A DNA stretch of 64,000 bases from an uncultured Actinomycetota bacterium (GTDB lineage Bacteria; Actinomycetota; Actinomycetes; JAFAQI01): contig CAVYQE010000010.1 of the NCBI GenBank assembly GCA_963770565.1, positions 161,822 to 225,821 on the forward strand, given 5' to 3'. This document shows, one piece after another, positions 1-9,209 of the stretch. Below the pieces are notes generated by a model. It saw only the letters and a program-made list of their open reading frames with translations. It did not search any database and was not told where the DNA came from. Each line of letters begins with the position of its first letter. Position 1 is the first letter of the stretch. The position numbers and the translations under genes were made by a program.

Positions 1-8
1 CCGAAGGA

Positions 9-37
9 TTGACGGAGACACTCGGCGTGCCTAGCGT
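9..37 (+). promoter_or_regulatory. Sigma-A-type promoter of the MerR regulator gene
   Basis: TTGACG(9-14)-N17-TAGCGT(32-37) upstream of the ORF at 108. Confidence 0.6.
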
Positions 38-107
38 CTCCCCGGTAATTCCAACCGTGGTGTTTGCGGCTGGCATGAGCAGTTCTCGGGCTTGGTCGGA
101 GGCATGA

Positions 108-659
108 GTGGCGAACGACGGCACACGAGGCACGCAGGGAGCATTGTTCGGCCGCGAGCAGGTCGGGGGCGACCCGATCGGATATCGCGGCCCTACGGCG
201 TGCTCAGCCGCCGGGATCAGCTACCGCCAGCTCGACTACTGGGCCCGCACCGCGCTGGTCGAGCCGTCCGTCCGTCCCGCGAGCGGGTCCGGGAGCCAGC
301 GGTTGTATTCCTTCCGCGACATCCTGACCCTCAAGGTTGTCAAGCGCCTGCTCGACACCGGCGTCTCGCTACCGAACATCCGCCTCGCGGTCGCCCACCT
401 GCGCGAGCGCGGAGACGAGGATCTCACCGGGATCACGCTGATGAGCGACGGAACGACGGTCTACGCCTGTACGTCGCCGGATGAGGTCATCGACCTGGTG
501 CAGGGCGGCCAGGGCGTGTTCGGGATCGCCGTCGGCCGGGTCGTGACTGAAGTCGAGGGCCGGCTCGCCGAGCTGCCCTCCGAGCGGGCCGAGCCCGACC
601 CGAACGCGACCACGAGCGACGAGCTTGCGGCGCGCCGCAAGCGCCGCAGCACCGCGTAG
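108..659 (+). CDS. MerR-family transcriptional regulator (Rv1830/McdR-like)
   Basis: GYRGPTACSAAGISYRQLDYWART...GSGSQRLYSFRDI HTH signature; GGAGG RBS; conserved position upstream of gcvP. Confidence 0.9.
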   Translation: MANDGTRGTQGALFGREQVGGDPIGYRGPTACSAAGISYRQLDYWARTALVEPSVRPASGSGSQRLYSFRDILTLKVVKRLLDTGVSLPNIRLAVAHLRERGDEDLTGITLMSDGTTVYACTSPDEVIDLVQGGQGVFGIAVGRVVTEVEGRLAELPSERAEPDPNATTSDELAARRKRRSTA

Positions 660-696
660 TCGCAGACTTCGCTGCTAGCGTCGGGGTGTCTGATCA

Positions 697-900
697 CCCC
701 GCACGGGAGAGACCTCGGCACGCCAGTCCGAGGCGCCGAAGGAGCAACCTCCCCGGAACCTCTCAGGCAGACGGACCGCGCGGGCAGGGCACTCTGGAGA
801 GCAGGCGCACCATGCGCCTCACCGACGGGGCAAGCCCGTGACTTGGCGTTGTCAGAGCGCCGGTTCGGGTGACACTCTCAGGTTCCGGTGACAGAGGGGG
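697..900 (+). promoter_or_regulatory. Tandem glycine riboswitch
   Basis: Aptamer 1: GGGAGAG...CGCCGAAGGAGCAA...CTCTCAGG...GGACCG. Aptamer 2: CTCTGGAGAG...CACCGACGGGGCAA...CTCTCAGG...GACAGAG. Directly upstream of gcvP. Confidence 0.93.
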
Positions 901-942
901 AGCCAGCGCCACGCCGCCCGGCGTGCGGCCCCGGAGGCTCTC

Positions 943-3780
943 ATGACCCCCGACTCGACGGCTCGTTTCGCCGATCGTCACATCGGCCCGTCACCCGACG
1001 AGCAGGCCAAGATGCTCGCCGTCGTCGGGCATGGATCGCTGCACGACCTGGCCGCCGCCGCCCTTCCGGAATCGATCCTCAGCACCCAGGCGCTCGCGGT
1101 CCCGCCGGCCGGCTCCGAGGCGGAGATCCTCGCCGAGCTCCGGGACCGGGCCGCCCAGAACCGCCTCGTCACGTCGATGATCGGGCTCGGCTGGCACGAC
1201 ACGATCACCCCGCCCGTCCTGCTTCGCGGCATCCTCGAGGACCCGGGTTGGTACACCGCCTACACGCCCTACCAACCCGAGATCTCCCAGGGCCGGCTCG
1301 AGGCATTGCTCAACTTCCAGACCCTGGTTTCGGACCTGACCGGGCTGCCGGTGGCGGGGGCCTCGTTGCTCGATGAGTCGACAGCAGCAGCTGAGGCTAT
1401 GTCGTTGTGCCGACGTAGCTCTAAGTCGACAAGTAACCGCTTCATTGTCGACTCGGGTTGTCATCCGCACACGCTCGGCGTGCTCCACACCCGCGCTCAG
1501 CCGATCGGGCTCGAGCTGGTCGTCGCGGACCTCAGTGACGAGGTTCCGGACGGCGATTTCTTCGGCATTCTGGTCGCATATCCGGGCTCGACCGGGGCGG
1601 TCTTCGGACTGGACCCCGTGGTCACCGCGGCCCACGAGCATGGCGCCTTGGTCGCGGTCACGACCGACCTGCTGGCCCTGACCCTGCTCCGGTCACCAGG
1701 GGAGTGGGGAGCCGACATCGCGGTCGGCTCGGCCCAGCGGCTCGGCGTCCCGCTCGGGTTCGGCGGTCCGCACGCCGGCTTCATGGCGGTGCGCGCCGGT
1801 CTCGAGCGCGGCCTGCCCGGCCGGCTGGTCGGGGTCAGCGTCGACGCCGACGGCGCACCCGCCTACCGCCTCGCCCTGCAGACCCGCGAGCAGCACATCC
1901 GCCGGGAAAAGGCCACCAGCAACATCTGCACCGCCCAGGTCCTACTCGCCGTCGTCGCCGCCTGCTACGCCGCCTACCACGGCCCCGCTGGCCTGACCGC
2001 GATCGCGACCCGGATCCACGGCCACGCGGCCCGGCTTGCTGCCGCGCTTCGCGCCGGGGGCATCGAGGTGCCGGCCGACGTGGTGTTCGACACGGTCGCC
2101 GTCGCCGTCCCGGGTCGCGCGGACGAGGTCGTGGCAGCCGCGCTGACCGGCGGGATCAACCTGCGGAGGATCGACGCCGACAGGGTCGGGGTCAGCTGCG
2201 ACGAGTGCACGACGACCGACCACGTCACGGCGGTCCTCGCCGCGTTCGGCGTACCGGAGGTGCCGTCGGGGGACGCCGGCTCGATCCCGGCTGAGCTGCG
2301 CCGGACGACGCCGTTCCTGACCCACCCGGTCTTCTCGGCGCACCACTCCGAGACCGAGATGATGCGCTACCTGCGCCGGCTCTCCGACCGCGACCTGGCG
2401 CTCGACCGGTCGATGATCCCGCTCGGCTCGTGCACGATGAAGCTCAACGCCGCGGCCGAGATGGAGCCGATCACCTGGCCTGAGTTCGCCGGGATCCATC
2501 CGTTCGCACCGCTCGACCAGGCCGCCGGGCACCTCGCGATCATCCACGACCTCGAGCAGTGGTTGGCCACGATCACCGGGTACGACGCGGTGTCGCTGCA
2601 GCCCAACGCCGGGTCACAAGGCGAGTTCGCCGGCTTGCTGGCAATCCGGGCCTACCACCGCGATCGGGGCGCTACCGAGCGCGACGTCTGCCTGATCCCG
2701 TCCTCGGCGCACGGCACCAACGCGGCCAGCGCGGCGATGGCGGGGATGCGGGTCGTGGTGGTCGAGTGCGACGACGCCGGCAACGTCAGCCTCGACGACC
2801 TTCGCACGAAGATCGCCACTCACCACGACCGGCTCGCGGCCATCATGGTCACCTACCCGTCCACCCACGGCGTCTTCGAGTCGGGCATCACCGAGCTGTG
2901 CGGGCTGGTTCACGACGCGGGCGGCCAGGTATACGTCGACGGCGCCAACCTCAACGCGCTGGTCGGCCTCTCGAAGCCCGGCCAGTTCGGCGCCGACGTG
3001 TCGCATCTGAACCTGCACAAGACGTTCTGCATCCCGCACGGCGGTGGCGGTCCCGGCGTCGGCCCAGTGGCCGTCCGGGACCACCTCGCGCCGTACCTGC
3101 CCAACCACCCGCTCGTGCCGTCCGCCGGCCCGGCGACCGGCATCGGCCCGGTCTCGGGTGCGCCGTGGGGCTCGGCCGGCATCCTGCCGATTCCGTGGGC
3201 CTACATCCGGCTGATGGGCCCGGACGGACTCACCGAGGCCACCGAGGTCGCCCTGCTCTCGGCCAACTACATCGCCCGGCGGCTATCCGCGCACTACCCG
3301 GTTCTCTACACCGGCCGCGGCGGACTGGTCGCGCATGAGTGCATCGTCGACGTCCGCCCGATCACCAAGGCGACCGGTGTCACCGTCGAGGACATCGCGA
3401 AGCGGCTGATCGACTACGGCTTCCACGCGCCGACCATGTCGTTCCCGGTGGCCGGCACGCTCATGATCGAGCCGACCGAGTCGGAGGGCCTCGCCGAGCT
3501 CGACCGGTTCTGCGACGCGATGATCGACATCCGCGCGGAGATCGAGCGGGTCGGGTCAGGGGAGTGGCCCGCCGACGACAACCCGCTGCACAACGCGCCG
3601 CACACCGCGGCCTTCCTACTCCGCGAGTGGACCTCGCCGTATGGCCGGGAGCTGGCGGCGTACCCGCAGCGACGGCTGCGCCAGGACAAGTACTGGCCAC
3701 CGGTACGACGGATCGATCAGGGTTACGGCGACCGCCACCTCACCTGCAGCTGCCCGCCGATCGAGGCCTACGCCGAGTAG
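943..3780 (+). CDS. gcvP: Glycine dehydrogenase (glycine cleavage system P protein)
   Basis: [46 protein letters not shown] (PLP lysine) motifs; 945 aa. Confidence 0.98.
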   Translation: MTPDSTARFADRHIGPSPDEQAKMLAVVGHGSLHDLAAAALPESILSTQALAVPPAGSEAEILAELRDRAAQNRLVTSMIGLGWHDTITPPVLLRGILEDPGWYTAYTPYQPEISQGRLEALLNFQTLVSDLTGLPVAGASLLDESTAAAEAMSLCRRSSKSTSNRFIVDSGCHPHTLGVLHTRAQPIGLELVVADLSDEVPDGDFFGILVAYPGSTGAVFGLDPVVTAAHEHGALVAVTTDLLALTLLRSPGEWGADIAVGSAQRLGVPLGFGGPHAGFMAVRAGLERGLPGRLVGVSVDADGAPAYRLALQTREQHIRREKATSNICTAQVLLAVVAACYAAYHGPAGLTAIATRIHGHAARLAAALRAGGIEVPADVVFDTVAVAVPGRADEVVAAALTGGINLRRIDADRVGVSCDECTTTDHVTAVLAAFGVPEVPSGDAGSIPAELRRTTPFLTHPVFSAHHSETEMMRYLRRLSDRDLALDRSMIPLGSCTMKLNAAAEMEPITWPEFAGIHPFAPLDQAAGHLAIIHDLEQWLATITGYDAVSLQPNAGSQGEFAGLLAIRAYHRDRGATERDVCLIPSSAHGTNAASAAMAGMRVVVVECDDAGNVSLDDLRTKIATHHDRLAAIMVTYPSTHGVFESGITELCGLVHDAGGQVYVDGANLNALVGLSKPGQFGADVSHLNLHKTFCIPHGGGGPGVGPVAVRDHLAPYLPNHPLVPSAGPATGIGPVSGAPWGSAGILPIPWAYIRLMGPDGLTEATEVALLSANYIARRLSAHYPVLYTGRGGLVAHECIVDVRPITKATGVTVEDIAKRLIDYGFHAPTMSFPVAGTLMIEPTESEGLAELDRFCDAMIDIRAEIERVGSGEWPADDNPLHNAPHTAAFLLREWTSPYGRELAAYPQRRLRQDKYWPPVRRIDQGYGDRHLTCSCPPIEAYAE

Positions 3781-3792
3781 GGAGTGCGGCCC

Positions 3793-3999
3793 TCAGGCGG
3801 CGGAGACGCTGGCGAGGAACTGGGCCCGGCGCTGCGGCTCGATCACGCGGCCGTCGGGAAGCAGGTCACCCTCGTCGTCGAAGGTCACGACGCCGTTGCA
3901 CAGCAGGCTCCAGCCCTGCTCCGGGTGGCTCGAGATCACCCGGGCTGCGTCGCGATCGACGGCATCCGAGGATGGGCAAGCCGGCCGGTGTCGGCACAT
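3793..3999 (-). CDS. Small conserved actinobacterial protein (DUF5999-like), 68 aa
   Basis: MCRHRPACP...HPEQGWSLLCNGVVTFDDEGDLLPDG; GGAGG RBS upstream of ATG 3999; usual neighbour of gcvP. Confidence 0.85.
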   Translation of the reverse strand: MCRHRPACPSSDAVDRDAARVISSHPEQGWSLLCNGVVTFDDEGDLLPDGRVIEPQRRAQFLASVSAA

Positions 4000-4176
4000 C
4001 GGGTGCCTCCGCTTCGAGTCGTATGCCGGCAACGGGCGATGCCGACACTTCAATCTTCGGCGGAACACCCGGGTGTCCCGATAGGGAGTGTTGACCAAAT
4101 GTGGATGGCTAGTTGGGGGCGAAAGGCTGTGCGGGATGGACCAAAGGTCGCTACTCCGTTTGCGACAATGCCGCAC

Positions 4177-5091
4177 GTGGACACGCTGAGAACGCCCGAC
4201 GAACGATTCGCCGCCACCGATGCCTTCCCGTACGAGCCGGACTACGTCGAGGTCAGCGACGGCGACGGTGGCCGGCTGCGGATGGCGACGTACTCGGCCG
4301 GGCCGGCCGACGGGGAAGTGGTCCTGCTGCTGCACGGCGAACCGAGCTGGTCCTACCTCTACCGGCATGTCATGGCCAGGCTCGCCGAAAGGGGGATCCG
4401 GAGCGTCGCGCTCGACCTGGTCGGGTTCGGCCGCTCCGACAAGCCGGTGGACGTCGCCGACCACAGCTACGCCCGGCACGTCGAGTGGACCCGGGCCGCG
4501 GTCGTCGACCAGCTCGGCCTGTCCGGCGTCACAGTGGTCGGCCAGGACTGGGGTGGTCTGATCGGGCTGCGGATAGCCACCGAGAATCCGGCGCTCGCGG
4601 CGCGGATCGTCGCCGCCAACACTGGCCTGCCCACGGGTGACCAGGCGATGCCGGACGTCTGGCTGATGTTCCGCCAGGCGGTCGAGACGGCCGAAGTGCT
4701 CGACATCGGGAGGTTCGTCGCCTCCGGCTGCCGGAAGGGCCTCAACGACCACGACCGGGCCGCCTACGACGCTCCCTTCGCCGAGGAGGCCGCAAAGGCC
4801 GGGCCGCGCGCCATGCCGGGCCTGGTGCCGACCGGTCCGGACGATCCGGCGTCCGCAGCGAACCGTACGGCGTGGCAGCGGCTGACCGAGTGGGATCGGC
4901 CGTTCCTGGTGGCCTTCAGCGACGGTGACCCGATCACCGGCGGGATGGCCGGGATCTTCCGGTCGGTGGTGCCGACCGCTGCAGACGAGCCCGAGGTGGT
5001 GCTGGCCGGCGGCGGACACTTCCTCCAGGAGGACTGCGGAGCGGAGTTAGCCGACGCGATCGCCGACTTCATCGAACGGCACCCCGTCTAG
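4177..5091 (+). CDS. Haloalkane dehalogenase (alpha/beta hydrolase)
   Basis: LRTPDERF N-terminus, LLHGEPSWSYLYR, GFGRSDKP, GQDWGG nucleophile, GHFLQED. Start placed at GTG 4177, 7 nt after a GACAAT -10-like box (ATG 4168 is an alternative). Confidence 0.9.
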   Translation: MDTLRTPDERFAATDAFPYEPDYVEVSDGDGGRLRMATYSAGPADGEVVLLLHGEPSWSYLYRHVMARLAERGIRSVALDLVGFGRSDKPVDVADHSYARHVEWTRAAVVDQLGLSGVTVVGQDWGGLIGLRIATENPALAARIVAANTGLPTGDQAMPDVWLMFRQAVETAEVLDIGRFVASGCRKGLNDHDRAAYDAPFAEEAAKAGPRAMPGLVPTGPDDPASAANRTAWQRLTEWDRPFLVAFSDGDPITGGMAGIFRSVVPTAADEPEVVLAGGGHFLQEDCGAELADAIADFIERHPV

Positions 5092-5132
5092 CTCCGCTCT
5101 GGTTGATGCTCGGGGCGTCGATCACTCGCGAC

Positions 5133-5942
5133 CTAGCGGGCCGGTAGGTGCCCGGAGACGATCGTTAGGAGCGTCGCGTGCACCTCGTGGTCGGAGGCCA
5201 CGATGGCGCCGGCGCCGGTGTGAAGCGGTTGGCCCCGAAGATCCGTGATCACACAGCCCGCGGCACGGGTGAGCGCGAGACCGGCCGTGAAGTGAACACT
5301 GCCGCGGAGATCGCCGTCTGTGACGTAGGCAGCGCGTCGGCCCACCGCGACCCAGGCAACAGGCAGCGTCGTCGACGAGACCCTCAGACCGAACGCTGCG
5401 CGCAGTGCGTGGTCGGCCAGGAGCTGGGGACCGAGAAACCCCCCATCCGCGGGCCCGTCGATGTTGATGTCGACCAACCTCGAGTCACTCGAGGGCACGG
5501 CCGGCGAGTCCATGCCGGCTCGACGCACCCAGGCCGACACTCCGTCCGTCCAGAAGGTCTCCCGGGACAGCGGTTGCACAACGGCCGCCGCAACCGTCTC
5601 ATCGTGGTCCACCAGCGCGACGTTGACCGAGAAGAGCGGCGTCTGTGCCGCAAAGTTCACCGTGCCGCAGAGCGGGTCCACCAACCATCGTCGAGCCGCA
5701 GGGGAGTCGCCGGTCGAGCCGTACTCCTCGCCCTCAACCGCGTCGGCCGGCCGGGCCGCTCGGATCGTCTCGACAATCTGCCGCTCGGCTTCCAGGTCGG
5801 CATCGGTCGCGAAATCCGTTGGCGACTTGTCGTGTCGCACCAGGATGCCGCCGTACTTCGCCAGGACGACGGACGCGCCCGCCTCGGCGGCGCTGATCGC
5901 AATCTCCGGGTCCGATGCCTCGGCAACACTGGGATGATCCAC
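5133..5942 (-). CDS. Inositol monophosphatase family protein
   Basis: DFATDAD, GEE, WLVDPLCGTVNF motifs; start codon uncertain. Confidence 0.85.
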   Translation of the reverse strand: MDHPSVAEASDPEIAISAAEAGASVVLAKYGGILVRHDKSPTDFATDADLEAERQIVETIRAARPADAVEGEEYGSTGDSPAARRWLVDPLCGTVNFAAQTPLFSVNVALVDHDETVAAAVVQPLSRETFWTDGVSAWVRRAGMDSPAVPSSDSRLVDINIDGPADGGFLGPQLLADHALRAAFGLRVSSTTLPVAWVAVGRRAAYVTDGDLRGSVHFTAGLALTRAAGCVITDLRGQPLHTGAGAIVASDHEVHATLLTIVSGHLPAR

Positions 5943-6027
5943 CTGTCCATCCAACCGTTGCCGGTCGATTAGGCGGTTCGGGGGGCCGTGGTCGGGGGAT
6001 CCGATCACCCCAGGGTCAATCTGGACT

Positions 6028-6055
6028 ACTTGACATAATGTCCATTATCGGCGAT
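6028..6055 (-). other. dif: dif site (XerCD chromosome dimer resolution site)
   Basis: Minus strand reads ATCGCCGATAATGGACATTATGTCAAGT, matching the actinobacterial dif consensus as I recall it (TTCGCCGATAATnnACATTATGTCAAGT). AT-rich intergenic island; gene orientation converges on it. Confidence 0.9.
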
Positions 6056-6155
6056 CTAGTAATCTGGGCCTGCGCGGACGAACCGCACTTCTGACCGAAC
6101 CGGCGGGTCACGTCGCGCGTCTTATCTATTGACGGGCGGACCCAACCGCTTCGTG

Positions 6156-6182
6156 GGAATCCACGAACCACCTAGTGGCGTT
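6156..6182 (+). promoter_or_regulatory. SigR/SigH/SigE-type ECF promoter of rbpA
   Basis: GGAAT-N19-GTT upstream of rbpA, a known member of the thiol-stress ECF regulon in actinomycetes. Confidence 0.7.
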
Positions 6183-6217
6183 GCACTGCGTAGACGCCGA
6201 CAACGCCAGGAGGCGAC

Positions 6218-6562
6218 ATGGCTGATCGAGTTCTGCGCGGCAGCCGGCTCGGCACGACGAGTTACGAGACGGACCGCAATACGGACCTTGCGCCGCGGCG
6301 CGAGGTCGTCTACGACTGCCTGAACGGGCACGAGACTCGGATGCCGATGGCGGTGGACGCCGAGCTTCCGGCTACCTGGGAGTGCCGCACCTGCGGTGCG
6401 ACCGCTCAGCTTCGCGACGGCGAGGTGCCGGCGCAGCGAGCCGGCAAGCCGGTCCGCACCCACTGGGACATGCTGCTCGAGCGGCGCTCGCTCGACGACC
6501 TGGAAGACGTGCTCAACGAGCGGCTGGCCGAGCTCCGGCCGCGGCCGCGCAAGTCCGCCTGA
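6218..6562 (+). CDS. rbpA: RNA polymerase-binding protein RbpA
   Basis: MADRVLRGSRLG..SYETDR, WEC..CG, RTHWDMLLERRS..LE.VL.ERL; AGGAGG RBS. Confidence 0.96.
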   Translation: MADRVLRGSRLGTTSYETDRNTDLAPRREVVYDCLNGHETRMPMAVDAELPATWECRTCGATAQLRDGEVPAQRAGKPVRTHWDMLLERRSLDDLEDVLNERLAELRPRPRKSA

Positions 6563-6594
6563 CCCACCGACCCCCGGATTGAGCGGTGGTGGCC

Positions 6595-8181
6595 CTACTG
6601 GGTCGCCACCGCTCGATTCGTCTCAGGGGTCGAGTAGAGGTCGAGACCTGGTTTCGCTTGTCCGGCATGACGTCGTACCAAGCCGAGGACAACGGCAAGC
6701 AGGCCCAGTGCGCTGAGGATCCACTCCGGCCAGGGGCCGACCCGGTCCGCGATCGTCAGCGGGTCGCGCAGCGGCAGCCGCCGATCGAGATACGCCGGGG
6801 CAAACACCGGCGTTCTGGCCAGGACCTTGCCGTTCGGCGCGATCATCGCGCTCACCCCACTGGTCGCCGCCACGACCACCGCGCGGCCGTGCTCGACCGC
6901 GCGAAGCCGGGAGATCGCCAGCTGCTGTGCCGTCTCCCCGCCGTTGCCGCTGTCGCCGACGTGCTCGTACGAGGCGTTGTTGGTCTGCACCACCAGCAGC
7001 CGGCCACCGCCGGTGATCGACTGGCGGACCACCGCGTCGTCGGCGATCTCGAAGCAGATCGTGTCACCGATCGAGGTGCCGTCGATCGCGAGCACGCCCG
7101 GCCGATGGCCGGGCACGAAATCCTTCGCGATCAGCTTGAACTTCGGGAACAACCGGGTCAGCACGCCGCGAAACGGCAGGTACTCCCCGAACGGCACGAG
7201 GTGGCGCTTGATGTAGATCTGGCCCGGCCCGGTCGTCGGTGACCACACGAAGCCGGCGTTCTGGACATGGGTCGGGCCGGGTCCGTCGAGGACGGCGCCC
7301 ACCAGGATCGGGACGCCGACCGCGGCGGCCGCAGTGTCGATCTCCGAGCGCGACTCGGCGTCCACCCTGGGGTCGAGGTCATCGGAGTTCTCCGGCCAGA
7401 TCACGAAGTCCGGCCGCGGCGCCGCGCCGGCCGCGATCTGCCCGGCCAGCACCTCGGTCTCGGCCAGGTGGTTGGCCGTGACCGCGTGCCGCTGGGCGAA
7501 GGCGTCGAGCCCGAGCCGCGGCACATTTCCCTGCACGGCCGCCACCACCACTGACGACGGTGCTCCCCCGCGCGACGTGCCGCCGGTCGGCAGCTGGATC
7601 GCCAGCGGCGCAAGGACCACGACGGCGATCCCGGCCACCGCGGCCACGCTGCGGATCGACAGCCGGACGTTCACCGCCAGGTAGGCCAGCGCTCCCCCGC
7701 CGAGCGCCACCGCGAAGGTCACCAGCGGCGCTCCGCCCAGGGCCGCGAGCCGGACCAGCGGGCCGCCGGCCTGACCGAACGCCAGCCGGCCCCAGGGGAA
7801 GCCGTCGAAGGGCACCCGGTCCCGCAGGAACTCCTGGCCGACCCAGACCAGCGCGCTCGTCAGCGGCCACCACCGGCCCCGGAGCACGGCCCGAAGTGCG
7901 GGGGCCAGCCCGAGGAACCACAGCGACTCGATCACCGCCAAGCCGAACCAGGCATCCAGGCCATAACCGCGCAGGAAGCTCAACAGGGGCACCCACAGGC
8001 CCAGCCCGAACAGGTAGCCGTACATCGCGGTCGAGCGCCAGCTCGGCGCCCCCCGGAGCGTGAGTGCGAGCCCGGCAACCCCGACGATCCCCGCCGGCCA
8101 CCAGCCGAGCGGAGGGAACGAGGTCCAGACGGCGAGGCCCGAGAGCAGGGCGGCGCCACACCGGGGAATGTGTCGGATCAC
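6595..8181 (-). CDS. lnt: Apolipoprotein N-acyltransferase
   Basis: Multiple TM segments, FDGFPWGRL, VQGN, IWPENS, KRHLVPFGEY, ICFE, QTNNA, LRAVEHGR. Confidence 0.95.
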   Translation of the reverse strand: MIRHIPRCGAALLSGLAVWTSFPPLGWWPAGIVGVAGLALTLRGAPSWRSTAMYGYLFGLGLWVPLLSFLRGYGLDAWFGLAVIESLWFLGLAPALRAVLRGRWWPLTSALVWVGQEFLRDRVPFDGFPWGRLAFGQAGGPLVRLAALGGAPLVTFAVALGGGALAYLAVNVRLSIRSVAAVAGIAVVVLAPLAIQLPTGGTSRGGAPSSVVVAAVQGNVPRLGLDAFAQRHAVTANHLAETEVLAGQIAAGAAPRPDFVIWPENSDDLDPRVDAESRSEIDTAAAAVGVPILVGAVLDGPGPTHVQNAGFVWSPTTGPGQIYIKRHLVPFGEYLPFRGVLTRLFPKFKLIAKDFVPGHRPGVLAIDGTSIGDTICFEIADDAVVRQSITGGGRLLVVQTNNASYEHVGDSGNGGETAQQLAISRLRAVEHGRAVVVAATSGVSAMIAPNGKVLARTPVFAPAYLDRRLPLRDPLTIADRVGPWPEWILSALGLLAVVLGLVRRHAGQAKPGLDLYSTPETNRAVATQ

Positions 8182-8255
8182 TACCGATCGGACGGTATCA
8201 ATCGGGCCGCCCGGAACGGGTCACAACCGGATCACGTCGCCGTCACGCCAGGCGC

Positions 8256-8338
8256 GAGAAAGGCCCGGGTGCCCTTCGGACCGCCGCGATGGCGACCGGC
8301 CGTCGCCGTGGCGGCGTTGTCTACTGGGCACCCGGGCC
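8256..8338 (-). terminator. Terminator-like or processing stem downstream of the candidate ncRNA
   Basis: Perfect 13-bp inverted repeat (8262-8274 / 8326-8338) enclosing a second hairpin (8282-8316), followed by TTTCTC on the minus strand. Confidence 0.45.
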
Positions 8339-8502
8339 ACTCCCGAGTAGCCGCACCACGCCCGGGGTGCCTCAGCGCCGACGGGCCGTCGACCAACTGG
8401 ACCTGGCACCTGCTCGGCGCCGCGGGTGCACGCGGACTGCCGACCGGCCAGCTGGGTTCTCCGGTGTCGGACCGAGGACGCTCGGGCGTCCCTGTGGTGG
8501 AC
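8319..8502 (-). ncRNA. Candidate ~184-nt structured non-coding RNA
   Basis: Promoter TTGACA(8540-8535)-N19-TAGTTT(8515-8510), inferred +1 at G8502; nested complementary segments form a long rod; no credible ORF. Family not identified. Confidence 0.55.
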
Positions 8503-8768
8503 GCCAGGCAAACTAGCGGTATCCCCCGGGAGGCTGTCAACCGCCCTCTGACCTGCGGAAACGCACGAAGCCGCAGGTCAACGCCATGATCGATGATCAT
8601 CAAAACCTTGGGCCCAACCTGATCGGAGCAACGCCGGCACCCGCCCGGGTCGGAGGCCGGCCGCTGCACCCGCGACCGGTCGCTCCGCGGCCGACTCGAC
8701 CGTACGACGAGCCGAGGCCCAGTCAGTCCGCTTGTATGCTCCTTGATCTCAACCTAAGGTCGAGAGTG

Positions 8769-9209
8769 TTAAAGCGCGAGCGGCCGATCTTCGTAAGGCG
8801 TGGAAAGCACCACTGTGGTCCGGGTGGACACGTTGGCGGCCGCGCGGATCTCCTGCAGGAGCAGCTCGAGGTCGGCCGGTGAGCCGGTCCGCACCTTCAG
8901 GATGTAGCTCTCCTCCCCCGCAACGCTGTAGCAAGCCTCGATCGCACCGAGATGGGAGAGCCGGTCGGGAGCGTCGTCAGGCGCGCTGGGGTCGATCGGC
9001 TTGATCGAGACGAAGGCGGTCAGCGCCAGGCCGAGTGCGACCGGGTCGGCGATCGTGCGATAGCCGCGCAGCACCCCACGCTGCTCGAGCCGGCGTACCC
9101 GTTGGTGCACAGCGGAGACCGAAAGCCCGGTTTCCCGGGACAAATCGGTAAAACTTCGGCGGCCGTCCTGGCTCAACAGCCGGACAATTGCGCGGTCGAC
9201 GTCCTCCAC
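8769..9209 (-). CDS. Lrp/AsnC family transcriptional regulator
   Basis: DRAIVRLLSQDGRRSFTDLSRETGLSVSAVHQRVRRLEQRG HTH; CYSVAGEESYILKV effector domain. Confidence 0.95.
   Translation of the reverse strand: MEDVDRAIVRLLSQDGRRSFTDLSRETGLSVSAVHQRVRRLEQRGVLRGYRTIADPVALGLALTAFVSIKPIDPSAPDDAPDRLSHLGAIEACYSVAGEESYILKVRTGSPADLELLLQEIRAAANVSTRTTVVLSTPYEDRPLAL

Noticed and set aside
47-64. Autoregulatory McdR-type operator (AATTCCA-N4-TGGTGTT)
   Set aside because: Three mismatches to the motif as I recall it; too weak to call.
3784-4176. N-terminal extension of the dehalogenase; likewise extended starts for metH, relaxase, acyl-CoA dehydrogenase and SCO1664
   Set aside because: The extensions overlap neighbouring genes or regulatory DNA; family N-termini and -10 boxes indicate later starts.
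8319-8502. Assignment of the RNA candidate to SRP, tmRNA, RNase P, Ms1, raiA-motif or Y RNA
   Set aside because: Diagnostic motifs were not found by eye; only a short GUGGUGCGGCU resemblance to raiA-motif RNA, which is insufficient.
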